A stretch of 56,916 nt of DNA from Clostridia bacterium (GTDB lineage Bacteria > Bacillota > Clostridia > TANB77 > CAG-508), in the NCBI GenBank assembly GCA_022794615.1, contig JAAWFD010000005.1:1-56916 (forward strand), read 5' to 3'. The notes under the pieces were generated by a model. It was not told where the DNA came from. It ran no database searches and saw nothing but the letters and a program-made list of their open reading frames with translations. Every line of letters starts with the position of its first letter. The stretch's first letter is position 1. The translations under genes and the position numbers were made by a program. This document shows, piece by piece, positions 41,655-53,515 of the stretch.

Positions 41655-41738
41655 GAAAAAAGTGGTTGATATTAACCACTTATAAAGTCTTCTATAATGC
41701 AGGTACTAATATCAAAGATATTGCACTGCTGAGTTATA
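41655..41738 (-). ncRNA. Candidate ~85-nt structured small RNA downstream of the PemK-like gene
   Basis: Own promoter upstream; hairpin GCAG-UGC-AAUAUC-UUU-GAUAUU-A-GUA-C-CUGC; terminator AAGUGGUU/AACCACUU plus U-run; no ORF. Confidence 0.6.
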
Positions 41739-41743
41739 ACTTT

Positions 41744-41773
41744 ATTATAATATATAATATGTGATTTTGTCAA
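41744..41773 (-). promoter_or_regulatory. Sigma-A promoter just downstream of the PemK-like stop codon
   Basis: TTGACA (41773-41768), 18 bp, TATAAT (41749-41744). Confidence 0.65.
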
Positions 41774-41785
41774 TTTCTATTCAAA

Positions 41786-42487
41786 TTATTTTAGAAAAAG
41801 TTCTTTTATTTTTGCATCTATTAAATTTAATGTATTAGTTGATACTCTCAAATTAGCAAGAATGTCCGAAGAAGTTTTTGGATTATAAATTCTTTGTTTA
41901 CTAATTGTAGTAATTTGACTAATTAGTGCAATACTTCCTTTCTTCATCTTTGCAATTTCTTTTTCTATATTTTTAAACTCAGTATTAAATTTTTCCACTT
42001 TTTCAGTTGCCAAGTTCCATATGTTTTCATATTCATTCGCTAATTTTAGAGACATATTATCACATATTTTCTTTAAATTAATATATATTTCATTTCCTAT
42101 ATTAAGTGTAGAACTATTATATTTTTTATTTTCTTTTATAGATGTTAATGGAATTACAGTTAAGGTTCCTGATGATAATGCATTATTTTTATCTAGAACA
42201 ATACAATAATGTAAACCTCCTTCTTCATTTCCTACATTAAATCCTAAATTTGCCTTTATTATACTGCCCCTCTTATACTTTTTTAATAATTTTGGATTAA
42301 AATTTTCTTCATTTAAATTATATTTTGAAAAATCCTCAAACCAATAGGAAAGTAAATTGGCTTTTTTCAAGTTGTTATTTTCTATATGATAAGTTAATAA
42401 TAAATCAATTTGATTTACTGCTATCTGTTTATGAGCAATAGCATTTATATATTCAGTTCTATTTTCTAGAATTTGTTTTTCTTCCAA
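41786..42487 (-). CDS. PemK/MazF-fold protein, long form (233 aa), no protein antitoxin adjacent
   Basis: 'YKRGSII.ANLGFNVGNEEGGLHYCIVL', 'TVIPLTS', 'SQITTISKQRI'; N-terminal extension and internal helical insert; TTG start with AGGAG. Confidence 0.82.
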   Translation of the reverse strand: MEEKQILENRTEYINAIAHKQIAVNQIDLLLTYHIENNNLKKANLLSYWFEDFSKYNLNEENFNPKLLKKYKRGSIIKANLGFNVGNEEGGLHYCIVLDKNNALSSGTLTVIPLTSIKENKKYNSSTLNIGNEIYINLKKICDNMSLKLANEYENIWNLATEKVEKFNTEFKNIEKEIAKMKKGSIALISQITTISKQRIYNPKTSSDILANLRVSTNTLNLIDAKIKELFLK

Positions 42488-42522
42488 TATTATAATTCTC
42501 CTTAATATGTTTTAATTGTTAG

Positions 42523-44154
42523 TTATGATGCTATCTTATTTCTTAATTCTTTTGCATATTGAATTGTCGTATCATTTATTTCTCCTGATGAAATTCTTGC
42601 TATTTCTCTTATTACTTCATCTTCTTTTAATAATTCTATATTTGTATTTGTTCTTTCTCCTATTACTTTTTTGCTTATAAAATAATTGTAGTCTGCTTTA
42701 GCTGCTATGTTTGCTAAATGTGATATGCATAATACTTGATGTTTTTCTCCTATTGCACTTAATTTTTCTGCAACTGCTTTTCCTGCTTTTCCACTTATTC
42801 CTGTATCTATTTCGTCAAATACTAATACTGGCATATTATCTGTATCTGCTAGAACTTTCTTTATAGCTAACATTATTCTTGACATTTCTCCTCCTGATGC
42901 TATCTTTGTTAATGGCTTTTCATCTTCTCCTAAATTGGTTGTTATATAAAATTCTACTTGGTCTTTTCCGTTTTCGAAATATTCATCTTCATTATAGTCT
43001 ATATGCATATTTATTCTTGCATTTTTCATTTCTAAATCTTCTAATATTTTATTTATATTTGTATTTAACTTTTCTCCATTTTCTACTCTTAATTTATTCA
43101 TTTTTTCTGCTAATCTTATCATTTCTTTTTCTGTTTGCTTTATTTCTTCTTTTATCTTATGGTTATATTGTTCTATGTTTTCTAATTTTTGTATTTCTTC
43201 TGCTATTTCTTGTTTATATTTTATTATTTCTTCTATATCGTTTCCATATTTTCTTTTTAAATTGTAGATTATATTTAACCTTTCTTCTATTTCATTTCTT
43301 TCTTTTTCATCAAAATTTACATCTTCTTTATAATTTGATATATCTCTTGATAATTCTTGTAATTCATAATATATATTTTTTAAGTCATTATTAAAGTTTT
43401 GGTATTTTTCATCTATTGTTTCTATCTTTTCTAGTGCTCTTACTGCACTACTTATTATATCTATTGTTCCTTCTCCTATTGCTTTATCTACTGTATTTAA
43501 GCTTTCTATAATTTTCTCTGAATTTAATATCTTTTTTCTTCTTTCTTCTAATTTTATTTCTTCTCCTGTTTTTAAATTTGCTTCTTCTATCTCGTTTAAT
43601 TGGTATTGCAATAAATCTAGTCTTCTTTGTTTTTCTTTTTCATCTCCATAATTGTCCTTTAATTCTTTTTTTAATTTATTATATTTTATGTATTTTTCTT
43701 TGTATTCTTCTTTTATTTGTTTTATTTCTTCTCCTATAAAATTATCTAAATATTTTATATGTATTCTTGTGTCTAATATATTTTGGTTGTCGTTCTGCCC
43801 ATGTATTTCTATATAATTTTTCATGTATTCTTTTAATTCTGATACTGTTACTAATCTTCCATTTATTTTACATTGATTTCTTCCATTTGCATATATCTCT
43901 CTTGATACTATTATGTTCCCATCTATAGCATTTTCATCTTCTGGTACATATAGACATAATTCTACAAAAGAATTTTCTTCTCCTTTTCTTATCATTTCTT
44001 TTGAGAATCTCCCCCCTGATATTATGTCTAATGATCCTATTATTAAAGACTTTCCTGCTCCTGTTTCTCCTGTTAATACATTTAGTCCCTTATTTAAGTT
44101 TATTTCTATGTCATCTATTATTCCTATGTTTTTTATATGTAAGTTTGTTATCAT
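42523..44154 (-). CDS. recN: DNA repair protein RecN
   Basis: 'LTGETGAGKS', 'EIHGQND', coiled coil, 'IASGGEMSRIMLA', 'VFDEIDTGISG', 'CISHL'. Confidence 0.98.
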   Translation of the reverse strand: MITNLHIKNIGIIDDIEINLNKGLNVLTGETGAGKSLIIGSLDIISGGRFSKEMIRKGEENSFVELCLYVPEDENAIDGNIIVSREIYANGRNQCKINGRLVTVSELKEYMKNYIEIHGQNDNQNILDTRIHIKYLDNFIGEEIKQIKEEYKEKYIKYNKLKKELKDNYGDEKEKQRRLDLLQYQLNEIEEANLKTGEEIKLEERRKKILNSEKIIESLNTVDKAIGEGTIDIISSAVRALEKIETIDEKYQNFNNDLKNIYYELQELSRDISNYKEDVNFDEKERNEIEERLNIIYNLKRKYGNDIEEIIKYKQEIAEEIQKLENIEQYNHKIKEEIKQTEKEMIRLAEKMNKLRVENGEKLNTNINKILEDLEMKNARINMHIDYNEDEYFENGKDQVEFYITTNLGEDEKPLTKIASGGEMSRIMLAIKKVLADTDNMPVLVFDEIDTGISGKAGKAVAEKLSAIGEKHQVLCISHLANIAAKADYNYFISKKVIGERTNTNIELLKEDEVIREIARISSGEINDTTIQYAKELRNKIAS

Positions 44155-44185
44155 TTGATACCTCCATTTATTCTTAATATATTAT

Positions 44186-44251
44186 CGAATTTTTATTCTC
44201 TGAATGTTTGTTTGTTGTTATTTTATTACCAAATTTTTGTTTTGTCAATAT
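44186..44251 (-). promoter_or_regulatory. recN promoter region sharing 25 bp with the recA promoter; degenerate SOS-like boxes
   Basis: TACCAAATTTTTGTTTTGTCAATAT at 44227-44251 is identical to 13228-13252; GAAT-N4-ATTC (44187-44198) and GAAT-N4-GTTT (44202-44213). Confidence 0.6.
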
Positions 44252-44287
44252 GTTTTTTTATTTTTTATAAAATTTTTTGCAAAATAA

Positions 44288-44324
44288 AAAACTTATACAG
44301 AAATTTTATTTCTCTATAAGTTTT
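44288..44324 (-). terminator. greA terminator
   Basis: AAAACTTATA-C-AGAAAT / ATTTCT-C-TATAAGTTTT arms, U-tract on minus. Confidence 0.7.
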
Positions 44325-44365
44325 GTTTATGTGTGTCACAATGAACGTCCCCATGACACATCACA

Positions 44366-44842
44366 TTATTTATTAATAGATAGTATATTATATTGTATTA
44401 TTCCTTCTGGTGCTTCTACTTCTACTGTATCTCCTTTTTTTGCACCCATTAGTGCTTTTCCTAAAGGTGATTCATTTGATATTTTGTTTTCTACTAAGTT
44501 AACCTCTGTTGAGCCTACTATTGTATATTCTACTTCTTCTTTAAATTCTACATCATATAATTTTACTTTATTTCCTATTTGTATAGTTTTTGTGTCTATA
44601 TCTTTTTCATCTATTATTTTTGCATGTCTTAATTTTGTTTCTAATTCTGCTATTTTTGTTTCATTTTCTGTTTGTGCTGTTTTTGCTTCATCATACTCTG
44701 AATTTTCTGATAAGTCTCCAAATCCTAATGCTGTTTTTATCCTTTCTGCTATTTCAGCTCTTTTTTCTGTTCTTAAATGTTCTAACTCTTTTTCTAAGTT
44801 GTTATACCCTTCTTGTGTTAATATTACTTCTTTTTCTTCCAT
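44366..44842 (-). CDS. greA: Transcription elongation factor GreA
   Basis: 'LTQEGY..LE.EL', '[12 protein letters not shown]', '[12 protein letters not shown]'. Confidence 0.98.
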   Translation of the reverse strand: MEEKEVILTQEGYNNLEKELEHLRTEKRAEIAERIKTALGFGDLSENSEYDEAKTAQTENETKIAELETKLRHAKIIDEKDIDTKTIQIGNKVKLYDVEFKEEVEYTIVGSTEVNLVENKISNESPLGKALMGAKKGDTVEVEAPEGIIQYNILSINK

Positions 44843-44917
44843 TGCTTTTACCTCTTTCTCGTAAATTTATTGTATATATTAATTTATTTATTCATTTTTG
44901 TCAAGTGTTTTGATTAT

Positions 44918-44953
44918 AAATTTCCCATCTTATTTTTTATAAAATGGGAATTT
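44918..44953 (-). terminator. groEL terminator
   Basis: AAATTTCCCAT / ATGGGAATTT arms. Confidence 0.6.
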
Positions 44954-45000
44954 CTACTATTTTTGTATGTTTTTATACAATTTTCTTCTTTTACAACATT

Positions 45001-46672
<1,672 letters not shown>

Positions 46673-46712
46673 TAATTTTTATATGATTACTGCTCTTATA
46701 TTTTTATGCATT

Positions 46713-47058
<346 letters not shown>

Positions 47059-47127
47059 TAATTTATATCTTTTTTATTAAATTGTCAATAGTTATTTTTA
47101 AATTTCATATTTTTTTCACATAACTTC

Positions 47128-49329
47128 CTATTCTTGTTCTTGTCCTTCTTCTGCATTAAGTGGTATATCACTTATTTGTTCCTTTTCCATTATTATTGAA
47201 TCTGTTTGTTCTACTTCTTTTCCCAATGTTTCTTCATAATATTCTTGTTCTACTTTTAAGTCTTCTATAAATTCAGATTTCACTGGCGGTAAAAGATTAA
47301 TTTTTTTTGTAGTTTTTCTTCTATGCAACGCTTTTATAAATGCTTTCACATCTCTTATTGGATTTTTATTGTCCCATCTTATATTTTCTTTTTTAGATAT
47401 AATTTCATCTTTTATATTCTCTTTTTCTTTTCTATCCAATTTTGACTTATCTTTTATTTTCCTTATACTACTTCCTACTTCTTGCTCAAAACATTTTTTA
47501 TTAAACCCCATTGCTTTTCCAATTAGTAATATATTTTTATTAATTTTATATTCTTCATATCTTGCTTTTAATTGTTCCTCTTTTGTTAATGGTTGTTGTT
47601 TCTCCAATCTCATATCATACATTTCATGACATATTTTATATATTTGTCCTAATGTTTTCGCTTTTTCTTTTCTTAATATAAAATTAAATGTGTAATTTGG
47701 TAATGCGTCCAGTAGCTTGTCTATTTGGTTAATTTTATTTATTATGTCATTATTTTGATATATATCTACTAGTTTTTCTTCTAATTTAACTCTTCCTTTT
47801 TCTCCTAATTTTAAAAATTCTACCTCACTTAATCCTACTGCACTAGATAGCATAGATAATATATATTGATAATTCTCATAGCCATTGAATCTAAAACTTG
47901 TATGTAATTTATCTGTAAATTGTACTCCTGTTAATAATTGTGTTCCACCTTCTACTAGCATTTCATCTAATTCGTGGAATTCGTTCTTATCTGATTTATT
48001 TTTTATAATATTTCCATTTTCATATACTATTGAATCTCTAATTGTATGATCTGTGGCATGGCGCATTTCGTGAAAAACTATTCCTAATATTGTGCTATTA
48101 TTTTCAAGCATCATATCTTTTAATATTAATGCCTTATCCTTTATGCATACCTTTCCAGAGAGTAATTCTTCTTCCATCTTACCTGATTTTATATATTTTA
48201 TATTTAATTTAAAATTTTCTCCCTTCTTTTGTAATGTTTTTCTATCCCATTCATAGACTTGTGCACTCCTTTTAAAATATTCACTTAATAGACTAATTAT
48301 TTCTATTGGATATTGATTTTCTATTGCCATTTGTTTTACTAAAATCTCAATTTCTTCCTGCTCAATAGGCTTTTCTCCTAATCTCTCACTTAACATTTTA
48401 ATGATTTTATCTTTATTTATAACTGGTACTTTGATATTTTCTTTCTCAACTTGTTTCTCTTGTTTATTTCTTATTCCTAACATTGATATTATTCTAGTAT
48501 CTATATGTTCAGCTGGTAATTCCCAACCTTTTTCAATAGTTATATTAGTAAGTTCCTCATCTTCTATGTTATATTCCTTTTGTAATTCTTTCATATGTGC
48601 CTTTATTATTTGGTAATTTATTATATCCTGTTCTTCTTTTCCTAATGCATCGATTTTTTCTTGTAAATTATATAAACAAAATGCATATATTCTCTTACAT
48701 ATTTCTGCATTTGGCTCTCCTTTGTCATATATTTCTTCAAAATTATCTTTTATACATTTATATATACAAAAAATCATATCATTGTAATAATTTCTTTTAG
48801 GGTTTTCTCTTTCATTTTCTATTTCGTTATATTCATGCTCAAATCCCTTTATTATTTGTGTTATTCTTGTTTCTTTTGTTCCATATGATGCTACTAACAT
48901 TTTGAATAATCGTTCAATTATAGGATTTTTGTTTTCAGATAAATTATTTATTGCATTTAATTGCATTAGTTTTATCTCACTTCTAGAAGTTACATCAAGC
49001 ATCTCTACAGCTGTTGCTTGTGCAGATATACTTTGTGATAAGTACTTATATATATTATTTTCATCTACTTTTTCTGTATAATTTGTATCAAAAATAAGGG
49101 ATTTTCTAGAATCCTCTATAATATTTTTGTTCCTACCTATATTAAAATATTCGATTCTATCAATATTTTCACTATAATTATGTATAATTTCTTCTAATTC
49201 GGATTCGCTTAAGTTGTATACTTCATTATATAACGAGAAAAATGTTATTATCATGGGTACAAATCTTTTATCATATTGTTTGTCCCTTATTAAATTTTCT
49301 ACTTTTAACATTAGTTCTTGATTATTCAT
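47128..49329 (-). CDS. Large hypothetical protein with HEXXH zinc-metallopeptidase (gluzincin-like) motif and internal duplication
   Basis: 'FHEMRH' followed by 'DEMLVEG'; two similarly patterned halves; no signal peptide. Confidence 0.7.
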   Translation of the reverse strand: MNNQELMLKVENLIRDKQYDKRFVPMIITFFSLYNEVYNLSESELEEIIHNYSENIDRIEYFNIGRNKNIIEDSRKSLIFDTNYTEKVDENNIYKYLSQSISAQATAVEMLDVTSRSEIKLMQLNAINNLSENKNPIIERLFKMLVASYGTKETRITQIIKGFEHEYNEIENERENPKRNYYNDMIFCIYKCIKDNFEEIYDKGEPNAEICKRIYAFCLYNLQEKIDALGKEEQDIINYQIIKAHMKELQKEYNIEDEELTNITIEKGWELPAEHIDTRIISMLGIRNKQEKQVEKENIKVPVINKDKIIKMLSERLGEKPIEQEEIEILVKQMAIENQYPIEIISLLSEYFKRSAQVYEWDRKTLQKKGENFKLNIKYIKSGKMEEELLSGKVCIKDKALILKDMMLENNSTILGIVFHEMRHATDHTIRDSIVYENGNIIKNKSDKNEFHELDEMLVEGGTQLLTGVQFTDKLHTSFRFNGYENYQYILSMLSSAVGLSEVEFLKLGEKGRVKLEEKLVDIYQNNDIINKINQIDKLLDALPNYTFNFILRKEKAKTLGQIYKICHEMYDMRLEKQQPLTKEEQLKARYEEYKINKNILLIGKAMGFNKKCFEQEVGSSIRKIKDKSKLDRKEKENIKDEIISKKENIRWDNKNPIRDVKAFIKALHRRKTTKKINLLPPVKSEFIEDLKVEQEYYEETLGKEVEQTDSIIMEKEQISDIPLNAEEGQEQE

Positions 49330-49351
49330 ATTTTATTCCTTTTTATAAATT

Positions 49352-49906
49352 TTATATAGTTATTTCTCTACATTCAATTTTTTTGTATCTTACATTACAT
49401 GTATCAAATAATCTTTTTGAAGCAATAAAGTCTTCTTTTTCACTATATTTATCTGATAAATAAATTACTTCTTTTATTCCTGATTGGATTATTAATTTTG
49501 CACATTCATTGCAAGGAAATAAATCTACATATATCTTAGCATTTTCTAACTCTTTTCTGCTTCCTCTATAATTTAATATTGCATTTAGTTCTGCATGACA
49601 TACATATGCATACTTTGTATATAATCTTTCTCCTTCCCTTGACCATGGAAAATCTTCATCTTTAAATCCATTTGGTGCTCCATTATATCCAATTGATAAA
49701 ATTCTATTATCATTGCTTACTATACATGCTCCTACTTGCGTGTTTGGATCTTTACTTCTTTTAGCAGATAGTTTTGCAATTAACATGAAGTATTCATCCC
49801 ATCCTAAGTAGTCTTTTCTACTTTCTCCTGTTTTTTGACATTTACTTCTCCATTCTTCAAATTCATTATTCATAATTTCCATAATGCTAGCTTTATAATC
49901 TAACAT
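49352..49906 (-). CDS. dCMP deaminase (ComEB family)
   Basis: 'WDEYFM.IA', 'RSKDPNTQVGA', 'GYNG', 'HAELNAI', 'PCNECAK'. Confidence 0.93.
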   Translation of the reverse strand: MLDYKASIMEIMNNEFEEWRSKCQKTGESRKDYLGWDEYFMLIAKLSAKRSKDPNTQVGACIVSNDNRILSIGYNGAPNGFKDEDFPWSREGERLYTKYAYVCHAELNAILNYRGSRKELENAKIYVDLFPCNECAKLIIQSGIKEVIYLSDKYSEKEDFIASKRLFDTCNVRYKKIECREITI

Positions 49907-49930
49907 TATATCCTCCTTTTATTATTAATT

Positions 49931-51541
49931 CTATTTTATATCTTTTGCTGCTTTTACTAAACCTATAAATAATGGTGATGGTTTGTTTGGTCTTGATTTT
50001 AACTCTGGGTGGAATTGCCCTGCTATAAAATATGGATGTTCTTTTACCTCTACAATCTCTACTAATTTTCCATCTGGTGATGTTCCTGAACATATTAGTC
50101 CTGCTTCTTCTAATTTTTCTTTATAATCATTATTATATTCAAATCTATGTCTATGTCTTTCAGATATCTTTTCTTCTCCATATATCTCTTTTGCTAATGT
50201 TCCTTCTTTTATTATGCATGGATATGCTCCTAGTCTCATTGTTCCACCTTTTTTGTCTACTTCTTTTTGGTCTTCCATTATGTGTATTACTGGATTTTGG
50301 GTAGTTGTGCTAAATTCTGCCGAATTTGCATCTTTTAATCCTAATACATTTCTTGCGAATTCTACTACAGCCATCTGCATTCCTAAACATATTCCTAAAA
50401 ATGGTATTTTGTTTTCTCTTGCATATTTTATTGTTTCAATTTTTCCTTCTATACCTCTATTTCCAAACCCTCCTGGTACTACTATTCCTTGTATTCCTTC
50501 TAACTTGTCTTTTACTGTATCTGGTGTAATTGTTTCTGAATCTATTAATTCCACTTGTACTTTTACTTTATTTGTAAATCCTGCATGGCGTAAACTTTCT
50601 ATTACAGATATATATGAGTCCTCTAGCTGTATGTATTTTCCAACTATTGCTATTTTTACTTTTCGGTCTCCTATGTTCCTTATGTCTTCTATCATTTCTT
50701 CCCATTTTGTATTGTCTGGTACATATTTTTCTAGTTTTAAATGGTTACAGACCTCTCTTGCCAATCCTTCCTCTTCTAGCATTAGTGGTACAGCATATAA
50801 GTTGTCTGCTGTTTTGTTTTGGATTACACTTGTTTTTCTTACATTGCAAAATAATGCTAATTTTTCTCTTATTGTATCTGGTATGTCTTGTTCTGTTCTA
50901 CATACTAATATGTTTGGTTGTATTCCTAAACTTTGTAATTCTTTTACTGAGTGTTGTGTTGGTTTTGATTTTATTTCATTTGAACCAAATATGTATGGTA
51001 ATAATGTTACATGGATATATATTACATCTTCTGGATTTTTTTCTAATCCTACCTGTCTTATTGCTTCTATTATTGATAATCCTTCTATGTCTCCTACTGT
51101 TCCTCCAACTTCTGTTATTACTATGTCTGTATCAGTATCTTCGAAACTATATATCTTTTCTTTTATTTCATTTGTTATATGTGGGATTACTTGTACAGTT
51201 TTTCCTAAATAATCTCCTCTTCTTTCTTTTTCTATTACACTAGAATATATTTTTCCCATTGTTACACTTGAATTTTCTGTTAGGCTTTCATCTATAAATC
51301 TTTCATAATGTCCTAAATCTAAATCTGTTTCTGCTCCATCATCAGTTACGAATACTTCTCCATGTTCATATGGACTCATTGTTCCTGGGTCTACATTTAT
51401 GTATGGGTCAAATTTTTGTATTGTGACCTTATATCCTCTATTTTTTAATAGCCTTCCTAATGATGCTGCTGTTATTCCTTTTCCTAATCCTGATACTACT
51501 CCTCCTGTTACAAATACATATTTCGTATTCATTTCTACCAT
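49931..51541 (-). CDS. pyrG: CTP synthase
   Basis: '[11 protein letters not shown]', '[13 protein letters not shown]', 'PGGFG.RG', 'GICLGMQ', 'ERHRHRFE', 'QFHPE'. Confidence 0.99.
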   Translation of the reverse strand: MVEMNTKYVFVTGGVVSGLGKGITAASLGRLLKNRGYKVTIQKFDPYINVDPGTMSPYEHGEVFVTDDGAETDLDLGHYERFIDESLTENSSVTMGKIYSSVIEKERRGDYLGKTVQVIPHITNEIKEKIYSFEDTDTDIVITEVGGTVGDIEGLSIIEAIRQVGLEKNPEDVIYIHVTLLPYIFGSNEIKSKPTQHSVKELQSLGIQPNILVCRTEQDIPDTIREKLALFCNVRKTSVIQNKTADNLYAVPLMLEEEGLAREVCNHLKLEKYVPDNTKWEEMIEDIRNIGDRKVKIAIVGKYIQLEDSYISVIESLRHAGFTNKVKVQVELIDSETITPDTVKDKLEGIQGIVVPGGFGNRGIEGKIETIKYARENKIPFLGICLGMQMAVVEFARNVLGLKDANSAEFSTTTQNPVIHIMEDQKEVDKKGGTMRLGAYPCIIKEGTLAKEIYGEEKISERHRHRFEYNNDYKEKLEEAGLICSGTSPDGKLVEIVEVKEHPYFIAGQFHPELKSRPNKPSPLFIGLVKAAKDIK

Positions 51542-51586
51542 TCCTTTCTACTTTTACTGTTTTAGTATTTATCCCTTAAAAACGAA

Positions 51587-51639
51587 AAATAGATTAAAAA
51601 CTTTTCCACCACAAAAAGGGGTTTTTTTTTAATCTATTT
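51587..51639 (-). terminator. Hairpin in the pyrG leader (possible attenuator)
   Basis: AAATAGATTAAAAA / TTTTTAATCTATTT arms, downstream of a TTGCAA-17-TAATAT promoter candidate. Confidence 0.5.
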
Positions 51640-51707
51640 CATTGTTATATTATATTAATATATTAACATACTTTTTTTGTCTTTGCAAGGAATATTTTAT
51701 TTATTTT

Positions 51708-52736
51708 CTATAATATTGTTGCACATGCTTTTTGTACTAATATTGTATCTTCAATCCTAACTCCAAATTGTCCTGATAAATATATTCCTGGCTCGATTGT
51801 AATTACCATCTTCTCTCTTAATGTAAAATCTACTTTTGTACTTAAAAACGGTCTTTCATGTACTTCCAATCCTACTCCATGACCTAGACTGTGAATTAAG
51901 TTGAATCTATTTAGATTAAAATCGTTTTCTACACCTTTTGCAATCATTTTTGCATTTACTCCATCATATATGTCTCTTATACTCTGGTCATGGTTTTTCT
52001 TTACTAAATTATAAACTTTCTGTTGTTCTTCTGTTGGCTCACCTATAAAGAACGTTCTTGTCATATCTGAACAATATCCATTTATCTTGCAACCTATATC
52101 TATTACTACTATATCTTGTTCTGTAAACTTCCTGTTTGTTGGTACTGCATGTGGTCTTGAGGAATTTTCTCCACTTGCTACTATCGTTTCAAATGCTATC
52201 CCTTCTGCATTTTCACTAAAATAAGTATCTATCTTTTTGGCTATCTCTAATTCCGTTTTTTCTGGTACTAAATGTTTAGATATTTCTTCAAAACATTTTC
52301 TTGTTATTTCACATGCCTTTTTTATATTTTCTAGTTCCTCTTCATCTTTTATCATTCTTTGTTGTTCTACAATATTTTCTGTTTCTACTAAATTGTGTAT
52401 TTTATATCTGTATTTAAATTCTTTATATTTTGCATATGTTACATAATTTTCTTCAAATCCTACATTTTCACAATACATAAAAAAGTTTTCATATTCCTCT
52501 TGGCTTATATCTCTTACATCATATACTACAATTTCATCAAAAACTGTTACAGTATTTTGAACAGCTTCTATATATCTTCCATCTGTAATATATATATTTT
52601 CTTTTCTAGTTAATATTAGTGTTCCTTCTGCCTCTATATTTGTTAAATATTTGATATTTATTGGATTTGATATTATCATTCCTTGTAAATCCATATTTGT
52701 TATTTTATTTCTAAGCCATTGTATTTTTGGATTCAT
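51708..52736 (-). CDS. Xaa-Pro aminopeptidase (M24 family)
   Basis: 'ITDGRY', 'RMIKD..E', 'TIVASG..SSRPH', 'DIG....GYCSDMTRT', 'HSLGHGVGLEVHE', 'TIEPGIY', 'VRIED'. Confidence 0.93.
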   Translation of the reverse strand: MNPKIQWLRNKITNMDLQGMIISNPINIKYLTNIEAEGTLILTRKENIYITDGRYIEAVQNTVTVFDEIVVYDVRDISQEEYENFFMYCENVGFEENYVTYAKYKEFKYRYKIHNLVETENIVEQQRMIKDEEELENIKKACEITRKCFEEISKHLVPEKTELEIAKKIDTYFSENAEGIAFETIVASGENSSRPHAVPTNRKFTEQDIVVIDIGCKINGYCSDMTRTFFIGEPTEEQQKVYNLVKKNHDQSIRDIYDGVNAKMIAKGVENDFNLNRFNLIHSLGHGVGLEVHERPFLSTKVDFTLREKMVITIEPGIYLSGQFGVRIEDTILVQKACATIL

Positions 52737-52760
52737 ATAAATCCCCCCATTTTACTTCAT

Positions 52761-53514
52761 TTAATTTCTATATAAACCTAGTGTAAATATTGTCATTAAT
52801 ATATTTTGTAATATACTAAATGGTATTAACATACTTATAATACAAGATACTACTATAAATGGTCCAAATGATAAGTATTCGTCTACTTTCTTTCTTTTCA
52901 TAAGTAATAATGTTATACTTAAAATTGCTCCTATTAGAAATGACATTAAGGTGATTGCTATTATGTTTGATAGTCCAAAATATAGTCCTAAGGCTCCCAT
53001 TAGTTTTACATCTCCAGTTCCCATAGCCTCTTTTCCATATATTCCTTTAGCAACTAATGTTATTATTAAAAATATTCCTCCTCCAACAAGCATTCCTAAT
53101 AACATATTTATAGTTATTGCTACATTTGATATTCCATATATAAATGCTATTATTATTCCGTATTTCTAGTATTGTTAAGTTTAGCCTATTGGGTATTATT
53201 TTGTGCTTGTAGTCTATTACTAATACTGGTAATAACATTGGTACTAATATTAGATATTTTATTAATTCTAAATTTTCTATAAAATATTTCTGTATTCCAT
53301 ATCTGTATAGTATTAATACATTTAATGCTGAATTTATTATCATTAATATTATTGAAAATTTTGTTATTTTTCTTCTTTTTTTAAAATATTCTATAGTTAT
53401 TACTGTTTTGTATTCTGGTAACCTATCTTTTGTCCATTCAACTGCTCTTCCTGTTATACTTCCAAATAAAATTGCTAATATGTAACATATAATATGTACA
53501 TCATTTATATACAT
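52761..53514 (-). pseudogene. Prepilin peptidase (A24) split by a +1 frameshift near 53160
   Basis: Upstream frame carries 'DYKHKIIPNRL'; downstream frame carries 'MGTGDVKL' and 'LSFGPFI'; removing one base (G at 53160) gives one 250-aa ORF. Confidence 0.8.
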
Positions 53515-53515
53515 T

